From Acidimicrobiia bacterium (lineage in GTDB: Bacteria; Actinomycetota; Acidimicrobiia; Acidimicrobiales; Bin134): 64,000 nucleotides of DNA. The DNA is taken from the NCBI GenBank assembly GCA_009842675.1, contig VYEX01000064.1, forward strand, positions 2,155-66,154. The letters are read 5' to 3'. The notes below the pieces were generated by a model that was given only the letters and a program-made list of their open reading frames with translations, was not told the origin of the DNA and made no database searches. A program made the position numbers and the translations under genes. Shown piece by piece: positions 36,770 to 46,322 of the stretch (its first letter is position 1; each line of letters starts with the position of its first letter).

Positions 36770-37174
36770 ATGAGCACGGAACCCAAGGTGTTGAAGTTCG
36801 ACGACATCCAGTGGGTGGACGAGTCCGCAAACACCGAAGCTCCTAAGGAGCTGATCGAAGAGGCCAAGAAGCTCGGTGCCGGTCGCAAGCGGGTGGCCCA
36901 AGGCGAGGGGGGTTTCTGGTGCCAGTACAGCACCATGCCCGCTGGCTACCACGTCCCTCCCCACAGCCATGACCAGAACGAGCTGCTGATCGTGGTGTCG
37001 GGTGGGTGCGAGGTGTGGCCCAATGGCGCCGACGGCCCGTCGATGGAGCTGGGGCCGAAGGACTCGGTCATCTTGGCCGCCAACCACAAGTACTCGTTCA
37101 CCTGCGGACCCGACGGCATGGAGTTTTTCGTGATGCGCCCTGGCGACTCGGCATCGTCGTTCGACGAGTCCTGA
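36770..37174 (+). CDS. cupin domain protein
   Basis: GYHVPPHSHDQNELLIVVSG cupin motif. Confidence 0.65.
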   Translation: MSTEPKVLKFDDIQWVDESANTEAPKELIEEAKKLGAGRKRVAQGEGGFWCQYSTMPAGYHVPPHSHDQNELLIVVSGGCEVWPNGADGPSMELGPKDSVILAANHKYSFTCGPDGMEFFVMRPGDSASSFDES

Positions 37175-37216
37175 TCTCCAAGGAGTCAACTCGCGACCGG
37201 CCGCTAGGGTGCCGCC

Positions 37217-38176
37217 ATGGGAAATCGGCTGGACGGCAAAGTGGCAATCGTGACCGGGGCGGGGGGTGGAATTGGGCGGGAGCACGCCCATCTGCTGGCC
37301 TCTGAGGGCGCAAAAGTCCTGGTCAACGACCTGGGTATTCGCAAGACTCCCGAGGGGGTGGCGGCTAATGCCGAACGGGTGGCCGGCGAGATCAACGACG
37401 CCGGGGGCGAGGCGGTGGCCAGTGGCACCTCGGCCACCTGGGACGGCGCGGCCGAAATCGTGCAGCAGGCGGTGGACGCCTTCGGCCGGCTGGACATTTT
37501 GGTCAACAACGCCACCGCTGGGCGCAATAACGACATCTGGCGCTTCACCGAGGAGGAGTGGGACCTCACCGTGGGCGTCAACCTCAAGGGTTACTTCGCC
37601 ATGATCAAGCACGCCGCGCCCCATCTGGTGCAACAGGACACCAGCGTGATCATCAACACCAGCTCGGGTTCGGGCTTCGGCCACCCCTCGCATTGCGCCT
37701 ATTCCGCGGCCAAAGAGGGCGTGATCGGCCTAACCCGCACCGCGGCCCGGGAGCTGGGCCGATTCGGGGTGCGGTGCAACGCCATCCGCCCCCGAGCCGA
37801 AGGGGCCTCCACCGCTGAGTACGCCATCCGCACCGCCCGGTGGACCGACCTCATGGCCCTCACCATGGCCCCCCGAGGCGGCAGCTCAGTCCCGCCCCCC
37901 GACATCAGCGGTGATGCGCTGGCCCCCCGCAAGATCGCCCCGATGGTGGTGTGGCTGTGTACCGACGCCGCCCGCCATGTGACCGGGCGCACCTTCCACA
38001 TCTCCGGCGACGTGGTCAGCCGCCTGAGCGAACCCGAGCGGGAGCTGGCCGTGTACCAAGAAGACGGCCTCACCCTCGACGCCCTCGACGCCCACTACGG
38101 CCGCCACCTCACCGAAGACCTCGCCAACGACTACCTCCTCGAAGACCGCCCCGACCTCCAAGTGTTCGAGCCCTAG
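37217..38176 (+). CDS. SDR-family oxidoreductase
   Basis: VAIVTGAGGGIGRE, NNAT and YSAAK motifs. Confidence 0.85.
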   Translation: MGNRLDGKVAIVTGAGGGIGREHAHLLASEGAKVLVNDLGIRKTPEGVAANAERVAGEINDAGGEAVASGTSATWDGAAEIVQQAVDAFGRLDILVNNATAGRNNDIWRFTEEEWDLTVGVNLKGYFAMIKHAAPHLVQQDTSVIINTSSGSGFGHPSHCAYSAAKEGVIGLTRTAARELGRFGVRCNAIRPRAEGASTAEYAIRTARWTDLMALTMAPRGGSSVPPPDISGDALAPRKIAPMVVWLCTDAARHVTGRTFHISGDVVSRLSEPERELAVYQEDGLTLDALDAHYGRHLTEDLANDYLLEDRPDLQVFEP

Positions 38177-38261
38177 CAGTCGGTTGGTCCGCGGGGTATT
38201 TCCGGCAGGGAGGTCAGGGGGCTGATGCTCTGTCCATTGCTCGCTGCTACGGTCAGCTCCC

Positions 38262-38903
38262 GTGCCAGTTGTTAGGCAGGTTGTCGATCAGAAGTGCTTC
38301 AATCCCGAGGTCTCCTTGCCCTATGAGCTTCGGGTTCATGACTTCACATCGGCAATGCAGGATGTCTACGACTTCTTTTTCGACGTGAACTCGCACCTCA
38401 CAAACAAAGGCCTTGGACGCTTGGAGGACACACTGCGGAAGGCCAATCTGTCCGGGACGCTTTCGGACATGGTCACGGCAAGTCTGGCAAAGCACTCCAG
38501 GGTCCTCACCCAGAACCGCTATCACAATGGGCACCCTGATTTGATCGTCAAGGGCATATTCGCCAACGACTCAGTGAAAGCTGGAGATGAGGGTGTTGAG
38601 ATCAAGACGACGGTGAAGAAGGGCGGGGCAGTTGATACCCACGGCGCGCGAGATCAGTGGCTCTGCGTTTTCGTCTACGAAGCAGACAACGAGACCGAGC
38701 CAGCCATTGATCGCCAACCGCTGAGGTTCACCGAGGTGTACCTGTCGCATGTGCAGATTGACGACTTCAGAAGGAACGATCGAGGCGAACTGGGTACTCG
38801 CACGGCAACTCTCCACAAAGAGGGCATTCAGAAACTGCGCCGCAGCTGGGTTTATCTCGATATGGGATCAGTAGATGACACCGAGTCAGGACAAGGTTCG
38901 TAG
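38262..38903 (+). CDS. candidate type II restriction endonuclease (PD-(D/E)xK)
   Basis: 213 aa in a lower-GC islet, convergent with and overlapping the methyltransferase 3' end. GHPDLIVKG...DEGVEIKTT matches PD...ExK. The start (GTG) is uncertain. Confidence 0.55.
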   Translation: MPVVRQVVDQKCFNPEVSLPYELRVHDFTSAMQDVYDFFFDVNSHLTNKGLGRLEDTLRKANLSGTLSDMVTASLAKHSRVLTQNRYHNGHPDLIVKGIFANDSVKAGDEGVEIKTTVKKGGAVDTHGARDQWLCVFVYEADNETEPAIDRQPLRFTEVYLSHVQIDDFRRNDRGELGTRTATLHKEGIQKLRRSWVYLDMGSVDDTESGQGS

Positions 38904-39910
38904 TCCTTCAGCAACGGGATGGCAGCTTTGGCCAACTGCAAATACTCAGGATCAGACTCCACTCCAGTGCTTGCGTAGCCGATGTGCTCGGCTGCTGCGA
39001 TAGTAGAGCCGGATCCTGCGAACGGATCGAGAACAACTCCCTCTCCCATCGGCAAGATTGCCCGTACTGCTTGACGCAGAAAAGCCTGCGGCTTGAGGCT
39101 GGGGTGGGGAGCTAGTCGCCGTTCATCTGGCCGGGTCGGTGCAGATGCAATCACATCGCCAAACGGTCGATCGGATGAGATGCGCCTCAGTCCTCCAGTT
39201 CCCCACTTGCGCAAGTTGTCCTGCACCCGACCAGCCAACGGCTTGCGGAACAGTAGCCAAGGCTCCCATTTCGACCTTGGCATGACGGTCACGTCAGGGA
39301 ATTCCTCATGGGCGTTCTTTGGGCGATCACCGCCCCGCATCGTCATCACAAGCCTGACGACCTCTCCCCTCCTTTCGAAACCGGAACGGCACACCGCTAC
39401 AGCCACCCGGTGCGAAAGGAGGGGATTCGACGCAACAAGTACATGGGCGCCAGGCACCAGTGTAGGAAGGAGGGCGTCTGCCCAAGAGGAGAAGAAGCTG
39501 TCAAGAGCATCAAGATCTGATGCGGTCAGCGTGGTGAACCTGGGCACTGGTGATCGCTGGTGGCCGTCGAACGCAGGCGGGAGACGCCACACGCCTCCCC
39601 GGCCACGGCGGAGTTTTCGCTGCTGCTCTGGCTGATATTCCACAAGGCCGTAGGGGGGGTCGGTGACCACCCCATGAATCGAATTCGCGGGTTGGTCAGC
39701 CAGCCAGTCCAAGCAGTCGCCGTGAAACAACGAGGCTCGCCCGACCTGATAGGCGGGGGTCCATACTGGACTGAATGCTGCTTCAGCCGAGTTGATAGAC
39801 GCCACGCTGCACTCTCCTGAACTGCTTGGCTGGCCCTGTGTTGAGGTTGAGGTAGCTGCGAACGGACGACCCAGCGACTCTGGTTCCAAGTCGAGCTTCA
39901 ACTGCGGCAT
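38852..39910 (-). CDS. beta-class DNA methyltransferase (N6-adenine or N4-cytosine)
   Basis: Motif IV VVTDPPYG lies N-terminal to motif I VLDPFAGSGST. Alternative GTG start at 39805 with AGGAGA upstream. The long form overlaps the wHTH ORF by 128 nt. Confidence 0.85.
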   Translation of the reverse strand: MPQLKLDLEPESLGRPFAATSTSTQGQPSSSGECSVASINSAEAAFSPVWTPAYQVGRASLFHGDCLDWLADQPANSIHGVVTDPPYGLVEYQPEQQRKLRRGRGGVWRLPPAFDGHQRSPVPRFTTLTASDLDALDSFFSSWADALLPTLVPGAHVLVASNPLLSHRVAVAVCRSGFERRGEVVRLVMTMRGGDRPKNAHEEFPDVTVMPRSKWEPWLLFRKPLAGRVQDNLRKWGTGGLRRISSDRPFGDVIASAPTRPDERRLAPHPSLKPQAFLRQAVRAILPMGEGVVLDPFAGSGSTIAAAEHIGYASTGVESDPEYLQLAKAAIPLLKDYEPCPDSVSSTDPISR

Positions 39911-40022
39911 GGATTTCCTTCACGCTCATTGGAATTCCAGCGCTGGCTAGCGCATCACCAACGGCGTCACGCACCTGGCCAGGCCTCAGGCGATTCTGTG
40001 TAGAGGGGGAAGCTACGACCAC
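39783..40022 (-). CDS. small winged-helix DNA-binding protein (Mrr_N/HARE-HTH-like), candidate R-M controller
   Basis: 79 aa, GTG start. MSVKEIHAAVEARLG...SSVRSYLNLN...FRRVQRGVYQL pattern. Lies immediately upstream of the methyltransferase. Confidence 0.5.
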   Translation of the reverse strand: MVVASPSTQNRLRPGQVRDAVGDALASAGIPMSVKEIHAAVEARLGTRVAGSSVRSYLNLNTGPAKQFRRVQRGVYQLG

Positions 40023-40034
40023 GGAACTACCGTA

Positions 40035-40048
40035 GACGTCTAGACGTC
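40035..40048. promoter_or_regulatory. perfect 14-bp palindrome GACGTCTAGACGTC (candidate operator)
   Basis: Lies 13 nt upstream of the wHTH ORF start. Also readable as the direct repeat TAGACGTC x2. Confidence 0.35.
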
Positions 40049-40162
40049 AAAAGTGGTGGATCACGCGACCGCGAAACCAGTGTACGAAAGTGGAGTGACA
40101 CTTCAGCTCAGCGAGGGTGCGGTTCGAGGGGTTAGCTACGCTGGGGGAGTGATGCGAGGGGC

Positions 40163-40651
40163 GTGCCGATGATCACGGGGATGAACCATGCGGTGCTGTA
40201 TGTGCGGGATGCCCGGCGCCAGCAGCAGTTCTATGCCGATGTGCTGGGGTTTGAGACCATTATCGACGAGCCGGGGCAGTTCGTGTTCATGCGGGCCCCG
40301 GCGTCGGAGAACCACCACGACATCGCCTTTTTCTCCATTGGCGACGGGGCCGAGCCGTCGTCGGCTGGCCGCCGCTCGGTGGGGATGTATCACATCGCCT
40401 GGGAGGTGCCGACCCTGGAGGAGTTGGCCGACATTCGTCAGCGGCTGGTGGACGCGGGCGCCCTGTACGGCGAGAGCGACCACGGAGCCAACAAGAGTCT
40501 CTATGCCAAAGACCCCGACGGTCTGGAATTCGAGGTGATGTGGCTGGTTCCCGCCGAGCACTGGGGCGACGAGGAGAACCAGGCCATAATTCGCCCCTTG
40601 GATCTGGCCCACGAGCAGCGCCGCTTTGCCGCCCTGGCTGCCGACGAATAG
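40163..40651 (+). CDS. VOC-family protein (glyoxalase / extradiol dioxygenase-like)
   Basis: MNHAVLYVRDARRQQQFYADVLGF...HHDIAFF...YHIAWEV. Confidence 0.75.
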   Translation: MPMITGMNHAVLYVRDARRQQQFYADVLGFETIIDEPGQFVFMRAPASENHHDIAFFSIGDGAEPSSAGRRSVGMYHIAWEVPTLEELADIRQRLVDAGALYGESDHGANKSLYAKDPDGLEFEVMWLVPAEHWGDEENQAIIRPLDLAHEQRRFAALAADE

Positions 40652-40669
40652 ATACTTGAGATCACCGCT

Positions 40670-41053
40670 ATGAATCTGACCAACCAATACTGCTACTTCT
40701 ACGACGACGACCTGTTCGTGGACACCGACCGGGACGGATTCCGGCGTCGGGTCATTACCGGCGACGGGCTCCAGCTCTGCTTCTGGCGCATCGCCGGAGG
40801 CGCTACCGGATCATTTCTGCACCGCCACGAAGACCATGAGCAGCTCGGCATCATCGTGCGGGGCAAGCTCGACTTCCGCATCAACGACGACCCGGACAGC
40901 GAGGAGCGGGTGGTTCTGGGCGAGGGCGAGGCGTATATCGCACCCAAGGGGGTGTGGCACGGAGATTCGGTGTTCATCGGCGACGACGAGTACGGGGAGT
41001 GCTGGATTCTCGACGTGTTCACCCCGCCCCGCGACGACCTGCTTGCCGGCTGA
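40670..41053 (+). CDS. cupin domain protein
   Basis: SFLHRHEDHEQLGIIVRGKL...APKGVWHGD. Confidence 0.6.
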   Translation: MNLTNQYCYFYDDDLFVDTDRDGFRRRVITGDGLQLCFWRIAGGATGSFLHRHEDHEQLGIIVRGKLDFRINDDPDSEERVVLGEGEAYIAPKGVWHGDSVFIGDDEYGECWILDVFTPPRDDLLAG

Positions 41054-41056
41054 ACT

Positions 41057-43162
41057 ATGTCGGATTGGCGTCTGGCAGTTGATATCGGGGGCACGTTCAC
41101 CGATGCGGTGCTGTTGGATGCCGCCACCGGCGCGGTAACGGTCAACAAAGCCCTCACCACCCCGGCCGCCCCCCTCGAGGGGGTGCAGGCCGCGGTTGGC
41201 CAGTTGCTGGGCCGGGCTGGAGTAGCCCCTGGCGAGATCACCGCCCCCATCGTGCATGCCACCACGCTCATCACCAACGCACTCATCGAGAACAAGACCG
41301 GTCGAGCTGCCCTGGTCACCACCACCGGATTCGGCGACACCCTGCTGATCCGCGACGAGCACCGCTACGACATGTACGACCTCCAGATCGAGTTCCCCGA
41401 TCCCCCCATCGCCCGGGAGCTCACCTTCGAGATCGATGAGCGCACCGCGGCCACTGGACAGGTGCTGGACGTGCCGTCTCCCGAGGCCATCGCGGCGCTG
41501 GTACGAGAGCTGGAGGCGGCCGGGGTCGAATCGGTGGCGGTGTGCCTGCTCAACTCCTACGTCAATCCGTCCAACGAGCGGCTGCTGGCAAGCGAGTTGC
41601 GCCGAGAACTGGGGGTGCCGGTTTGCGCCTCGGCCGACATCTCGCCCCAGATCCGGGAATACCCCCGCATGATCACCGCGGCCTGCAACGCTGCCACCAT
41701 GCCGATCATTGGGCCGTACTTGGACGAGCTCCAGAAGTGGCTCTCGTCTGAGGGGTTCGGCGGGTCGGTGTTGATGATGCTGTCCAATGGGGGAGTGGTG
41801 TCGGCCGACGACGCGGCCGCCGCTCCCATAAGGCTGGTGGAGTCGGGCCCGGCGGCCGGGGCGCTGGCCGCCCGGTGGTTCGCCCGCCGCATGGGAGAAG
41901 ACCGGTTGTTGGCCTTCGACATGGGCGGCACCACCGCCAAGGCCACCTTGGTGGAAGAAGGCGAACCGGCGCTGACCACCACCTTCGAGGTGGCCCGCCG
42001 CTACCGGTTCAAGAAGGGATCGGGCTTTCCGGTTTCGGTGCCCTCGGTGGATTTGGTGGAGATCGGCGCGGGCGGTGGCAGCCTGGCTCACCTCGACCAA
42101 TTCGGCCTGCTCAAGGTGGGGCCTGAGTCATCGGGCGCCGATCCTGGTCCGGCGTGCTACGGCCAGGGTGGCGATCAGCCCGCGGTGACGGATGCCGATG
42201 TGGTGCTGGGTCTGCTGGACCCCGACGCCTTTTTGGGCGGCGACATGCCCTTGGACGCCGGGCTGGCCCAGTCGGCCATTGAGCCCTTGGCCGACGGTCT
42301 CGGCCTGTCATCTATTGACACCGCTGCGGGGATGTACGAGGTGGTGAGCCAGAACATGGCCGCCGCCGCCCGCATGCACGCCGTGGAGCGGGGGGTGGAT
42401 CTGCGAGGGGTGACCGTGCTGGCCTTCGGCGGGGCTGGGCCGCCCCATGCCTGTCGGGTGGCCGAGCTGCTGGACTCGGATCGGGTGGTGTTCCCGGTGA
42501 ACGCCAGCGTGCTGTCGGCATTCGGAACCCTGGTCTCGCCGGTGAGGATCGACCTGGCCCGTTCCATGCCGGTGAAGCTGGCTGAAGTGCACCCCGCTGA
42601 GAGGGACGGCCTCTTGGACGAACTGCGGGAGGAAGGCCGCCGGGTGCTGCTCAGCGCCGGTGTGCCCGAGGCCGATATCAGATTCCGCTATGGCATCGAC
42701 GCCCGTTACACCGGCCAGGGCAACGAGATCACCGTCAGGGTAGGCGAAGGGGATGCCTGGACAGCCCGTGACGATGAGGTAATCGGGGCGTTCGAGTCGG
42801 AATATCGCCGTATCTACGGTATGACCATCGACGATGTGCCCATCGAGGTGGTCACCTGGCGGCTCTCAGCCCGAGCCGATCCGGCCGAGATAACCGCGGA
42901 TGATTCCGAGGCGCCGCCATCGGCAGGCGATGGTCCGCCCCAGCCTGCTTCGACCCGCACCGCGGTATTCGGGCGAGAGCAACACGCGGTAGAGGTGCCG
43001 GTGTACCGCCGGGCCGACTTGGCTATCGGTATGTCGTTTCCCGGTCCGGCCTTGGTCGAAGAACGGGAGACAACCTCGGTCATTCGTCCCGGTTGGCGGG
43101 TTTCGGTTGCTTACGACGCTTGTCTCGTCGCGGTCCGCGATCAAAGACCGACTCCCACATAA
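41057..43162 (+). CDS. hyuA: hydantoinase/oxoprolinase A-type subunit
   Basis: WRLAVDIGGTFTDAVLLD and LAFDMGGTTAK motifs. 701 aa. Confidence 0.85.
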   Translation: MSDWRLAVDIGGTFTDAVLLDAATGAVTVNKALTTPAAPLEGVQAAVGQLLGRAGVAPGEITAPIVHATTLITNALIENKTGRAALVTTTGFGDTLLIRDEHRYDMYDLQIEFPDPPIARELTFEIDERTAATGQVLDVPSPEAIAALVRELEAAGVESVAVCLLNSYVNPSNERLLASELRRELGVPVCASADISPQIREYPRMITAACNAATMPIIGPYLDELQKWLSSEGFGGSVLMMLSNGGVVSADDAAAAPIRLVESGPAAGALAARWFARRMGEDRLLAFDMGGTTAKATLVEEGEPALTTTFEVARRYRFKKGSGFPVSVPSVDLVEIGAGGGSLAHLDQFGLLKVGPESSGADPGPACYGQGGDQPAVTDADVVLGLLDPDAFLGGDMPLDAGLAQSAIEPLADGLGLSSIDTAAGMYEVVSQNMAAAARMHAVERGVDLRGVTVLAFGGAGPPHACRVAELLDSDRVVFPVNASVLSAFGTLVSPVRIDLARSMPVKLAEVHPAERDGLLDELREEGRRVLLSAGVPEADIRFRYGIDARYTGQGNEITVRVGEGDAWTARDDEVIGAFESEYRRIYGMTIDDVPIEVVTWRLSARADPAEITADDSEAPPSAGDGPPQPASTRTAVFGREQHAVEVPVYRRADLAIGMSFPGPALVEERETTSVIRPGWRVSVAYDACLVAVRDQRPTPT

Positions 43163-43191
43163 CAATCTCAACCAGAAACCAGAGCAGTTCT

Positions 43192-44802
43192 ATGAGCAAA
43201 ACCAAAGCAAGTCCTGACGAAGCCTCTTCCTACGACCCCATTCAACTGGAAATCCTGTGGCAGTCGCTCATTTCGGTGGTGAACGAACAGGCTCGGGCTC
43301 TCCAGCGGGCCGCGTTCAGCCCCATCGTGCGGGAGGCCGGCGATCTGGCCAACGCCGTGTTCGACAAGCGGGGCCGCATGGTGGCCCAAGCAGTGACCGG
43401 CACACCCGGACACATCAACTCCTTGGCCATCGGCGCGGCCAACATGCTGGACGAGTTCCCCCCCGAATCCCTCGAGCCCGGCGACGTTCTGGTTACCAAC
43501 GACCCCTATCTGACCGCGGGTCAGTTGCTGGACGTAACCGTGCTGGTTCCGGTGTGGCGCGCTCCGGCCGCCGGGGGCGATCCCGTGCCCATCGCCTACT
43601 TCGGCTCCACCATCCATCACACCGATGTCGGCGGCTATGGCATCGGCGCCGGGGCCCGGGACTGCTTCGAAGAGGGCTTGTGGATCCCCATCTGCAAGCT
43701 CATGCGGGCTGGCGAGCGCAACGAAGACGTGTGGAAGTTCATCCTGTCCAACGTCCGTCAGCCCGACCATATGGCCGGCGATCTGCACGCCCAGATGGCC
43801 TCGGGAGAGGTGGGGGCCCAGCGCCTCGGCGCGTTGTGTGATTCCTACGATCTTGACGACATCGAGGACTTGGCCGACGAGATCATCGATCGCTCCGAGG
43901 CGGCCACCCGGGCCAGCATCGCCGAGTTGCCCGCTGGCGAATATCAGGCCGACGCGGTGCTGGATCTGGCCGACGGCAGCCGAATCGACATCGTGTGCTC
44001 TCTGCGGGTGGACCCCGACGCCGGTGAGATCTTCGTTGACTACGACGGCTCGTCTGAGGCCAGCCCGTGGGGCATCAACGTGGTGCGCAACTACACCCAC
44101 GCCTACACCACGTTTACCGTGCGCTCGGTGCTGAACCCCGAGATTCCCAACAACCACGGCAGCCTGGCCCCCATCAAAATGGCTGCCCCCGAGGGATCGA
44201 TCGTCAACGCGGTGCTGCCGCAGCCGGGTACTGCCCGCCACGTGGTGGGGATGTTCTTGCCCAATGCCCTGCTCAAGGCCTTGGCCCAGGTCAAGCCGGA
44301 GGAGTCCATGGCCGAGGGGGCGGGTGCGGTATGGACCATGCAGGTGAGTGGCAACCACGACGACGGAACCCCGTTTATCACCGCCATGTTCACCTACGCC
44401 GGAGGAGTGGGAGCCCGGGCCACCAAGCCGGGCTTAGATGCCTGCTCCTATCCCACGGGGGTGAGCGCGGTGCCCATCGAGGTGGTGGAGGCCTCCGCGC
44501 CGGTGCGCTTCACCCGCAAAGCACTGCGCCCCGGCTCGGAAGGGTCGGGCGCCCAGCCCGGCGGCAAGGGCCAGACCATCGAGTTCAGCGTGGACACCTC
44601 TCGCCCCTGGCTGCTCAACGCGGTCACCAGCCGCCTGTCCGACCCGCCGCAAGGCATCTTCGGTGGGAACCCGGGCGAGGCGGGGTCGTTCCAAGTCAAC
44701 GGCGAGCCGGTCACCACCCAGAGCCGCATCACCCTCGATCCCGGCGATGTGGTGCGCCTCGACCTGCCCGGCGGTGGAGGCTACGGACCTCCCGATGACT
44801 GA
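43192..44802 (+). CDS. hyuB: hydantoinase B/oxoprolinase-type subunit
   Basis: YDPIQLEILWQSLISVVNEQARALQRAAFSPIVREAGDLANAVFD. The internal ATG of track ORF 43093..44802 was used as the start. Confidence 0.85.
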   Translation: MSKTKASPDEASSYDPIQLEILWQSLISVVNEQARALQRAAFSPIVREAGDLANAVFDKRGRMVAQAVTGTPGHINSLAIGAANMLDEFPPESLEPGDVLVTNDPYLTAGQLLDVTVLVPVWRAPAAGGDPVPIAYFGSTIHHTDVGGYGIGAGARDCFEEGLWIPICKLMRAGERNEDVWKFILSNVRQPDHMAGDLHAQMASGEVGAQRLGALCDSYDLDDIEDLADEIIDRSEAATRASIAELPAGEYQADAVLDLADGSRIDIVCSLRVDPDAGEIFVDYDGSSEASPWGINVVRNYTHAYTTFTVRSVLNPEIPNNHGSLAPIKMAAPEGSIVNAVLPQPGTARHVVGMFLPNALLKALAQVKPEESMAEGAGAVWTMQVSGNHDDGTPFITAMFTYAGGVGARATKPGLDACSYPTGVSAVPIEVVEASAPVRFTRKALRPGSEGSGAQPGGKGQTIEFSVDTSRPWLLNAVTSRLSDPPQGIFGGNPGEAGSFQVNGEPVTTQSRITLDPGDVVRLDLPGGGGYGPPDD

Positions 44803-46318
44803 TCCGGCCACCTTTTCGTCCGTTTGGGAACGAGCGGTCGAACGTGGTGGCGATGCCGCCTTCTTGATCTTTGAGCGGCCCGACGGGACCACTGCAACCT
44901 GGACCTACGAGCAGTTCGACGCGGCTGTCACCGATGTGGCCGCCGGGCTGATCCAGCAGGGGGTGGTTCCCGGCGATTCGGTGCATCTGGCGCTGACCAA
45001 CACGCCGGCATTCGTGGCCCTGTGGCTGGCCGCCAACCGGTTGGGGGCGTGGATCGTGCCGTCCGATCCCATGGGCAAGGCGCCAGAGTTGGCCGACCAC
45101 ATCGAGCGCACCCGGCCCAAGGCCGGCTTTTGCGCCACCAGCCGAGCCGATGTCTACCGCCAGGCTGCCGCAGTGAGTCCCGATTTGGCCATCACCGAGT
45201 TAGACGAAGCCGGCGGCAGCCTCGATGCGCTGATGGGGAATGCCCGAGTGGACTGGCCCGCGGCGGATATTCGGGACCGGGCCGCGGTCATGTTCACCTC
45301 GGGAACCACCGGGCGGCCCAAGGGGGTGGAGATCACCCAGGCCAACTACGCCTTTTGCGGCCAGGTCATGGCCGAGCGAGCCGACTTGGCCCCCGAAGAC
45401 CGCCAGTTGGTGGTGCTGCCTCTGTTCCACGCCAACGCCCAGTACTACTCCTTTGCCTCAGCCATCTGGACTGGAGCCTCAGTGGCCCTGATGCCCGCCT
45501 TCTCAGCCAGCGGATTCCTGGCCCAGGCCGCCCGCCACCGGGCCACCTGCGCCAGCCTGTTCGCCGCTCCGATGCGGATGATCCTGGCCCGGGGGGCTCC
45601 GGTCGACGGGGTGGGGCTGCGACACTGCTGGTACGCCCAGAACATCGCCGATGATCAGTATGAAACCCTGACTGCATGGTTGGGGTGTCGTCCTCGCCAG
45701 CTCTACGGCATGACCGAGACCATCCCCGCCGTGCTCACCGAGCCAGCCGACAATCCCGTGCCGTCGTCCATGGGCCAGGTCACTCCCGGCTGCCAGGTGA
45801 TCGTGCGAGATGGCCAGGTGATGGTCGGGGGAGAGCCTGGCATGACGCTGTTCGCCGGTTACCTCGACGATCCCGACACCACCGCGGCTTCGTTCACCAA
45901 CGACGGCTGGTTCTGCACCGGCGACCGGGCTCGCGTAGACGAGGACGGTCGCCACTACTTCGACGGCCGCCACTCCGACGTGCTCAAGGTGGCGGGTGAG
46001 AACGTGTCCATCGTTGAGGTGGAATCGGTGCTGACCAGCCACCCCGCAGTGCTGGAAGCCGCAGTGGTGGGGGCCCCCGATCCGATACGCGACGAGGTAC
46101 CGGTGGCCTTTGTGGTTCCCGCCGATCCGGCCACGCCTCCGACCGATGACGAGCTGTCATCCTGGTGCCAAGACCGGCTGGCTAAAGCCAAGCTGCCCCG
46201 CTCGTTTACCCTTATGGAAGAGTTGCCTCGAACCAGCGTCGGGAAGATCCGCAAGTTCCTGCTACGGCAAGAGGCAAAAGACCAAAATCAAGCCCCACAA
46301 GAGGCCACGAGGAGGTGA
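44795..46318 (+). CDS. AMP-dependent synthetase/ligase (acyl-CoA synthetase family)
   Basis: MFTSGTTGRPKGV and GDRARVDEDG motifs. The ATG overlaps the hyuB stop. Confidence 0.85.
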   Translation: MTDPATFSSVWERAVERGGDAAFLIFERPDGTTATWTYEQFDAAVTDVAAGLIQQGVVPGDSVHLALTNTPAFVALWLAANRLGAWIVPSDPMGKAPELADHIERTRPKAGFCATSRADVYRQAAAVSPDLAITELDEAGGSLDALMGNARVDWPAADIRDRAAVMFTSGTTGRPKGVEITQANYAFCGQVMAERADLAPEDRQLVVLPLFHANAQYYSFASAIWTGASVALMPAFSASGFLAQAARHRATCASLFAAPMRMILARGAPVDGVGLRHCWYAQNIADDQYETLTAWLGCRPRQLYGMTETIPAVLTEPADNPVPSSMGQVTPGCQVIVRDGQVMVGGEPGMTLFAGYLDDPDTTAASFTNDGWFCTGDRARVDEDGRHYFDGRHSDVLKVAGENVSIVEVESVLTSHPAVLEAAVVGAPDPIRDEVPVAFVVPADPATPPTDDELSSWCQDRLAKAKLPRSFTLMEELPRTSVGKIRKFLLRQEAKDQNQAPQEATRR

Positions 46319-46322
46319 TCGA

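Noticed and set aside
36515-37693. 392-aa minus-strand ORF spanning the cupin and SDR genes.
   Set aside because: It crosses two well-supported plus-strand genes and an intergenic gap. No motifs are present, and the composition is that of a shadow ORF.
38205-38232. Imperfect direct repeat GGGGG-N2/3-TGATGC, shared with 40140..40160, flanking the R-M islet (possible target-site duplication).
   Set aside because: Only about 10 matching bases with a spacer difference. That is easily expected by chance in GC-rich DNA.
40100-40135. GGTTCGAGG string resembling a tRNA T-loop next to the R-M islet (possible tRNA or att remnant).
   Set aside because: Flanking bases do not form a T-stem or acceptor stem. 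No cloverleaf could be drawn.
43168-44358. 396-aa minus-strand ORF. Similar long antisense ORFs occur at 46212..47474, 52441..53751 and 58906..59925.
   Set aside because: All lie antisense to genes with diagnostic motifs (HyuB, Rieske oxygenase, Zn-ADH, acyl-CoA dehydrogenase) and have shadow-ORF composition.
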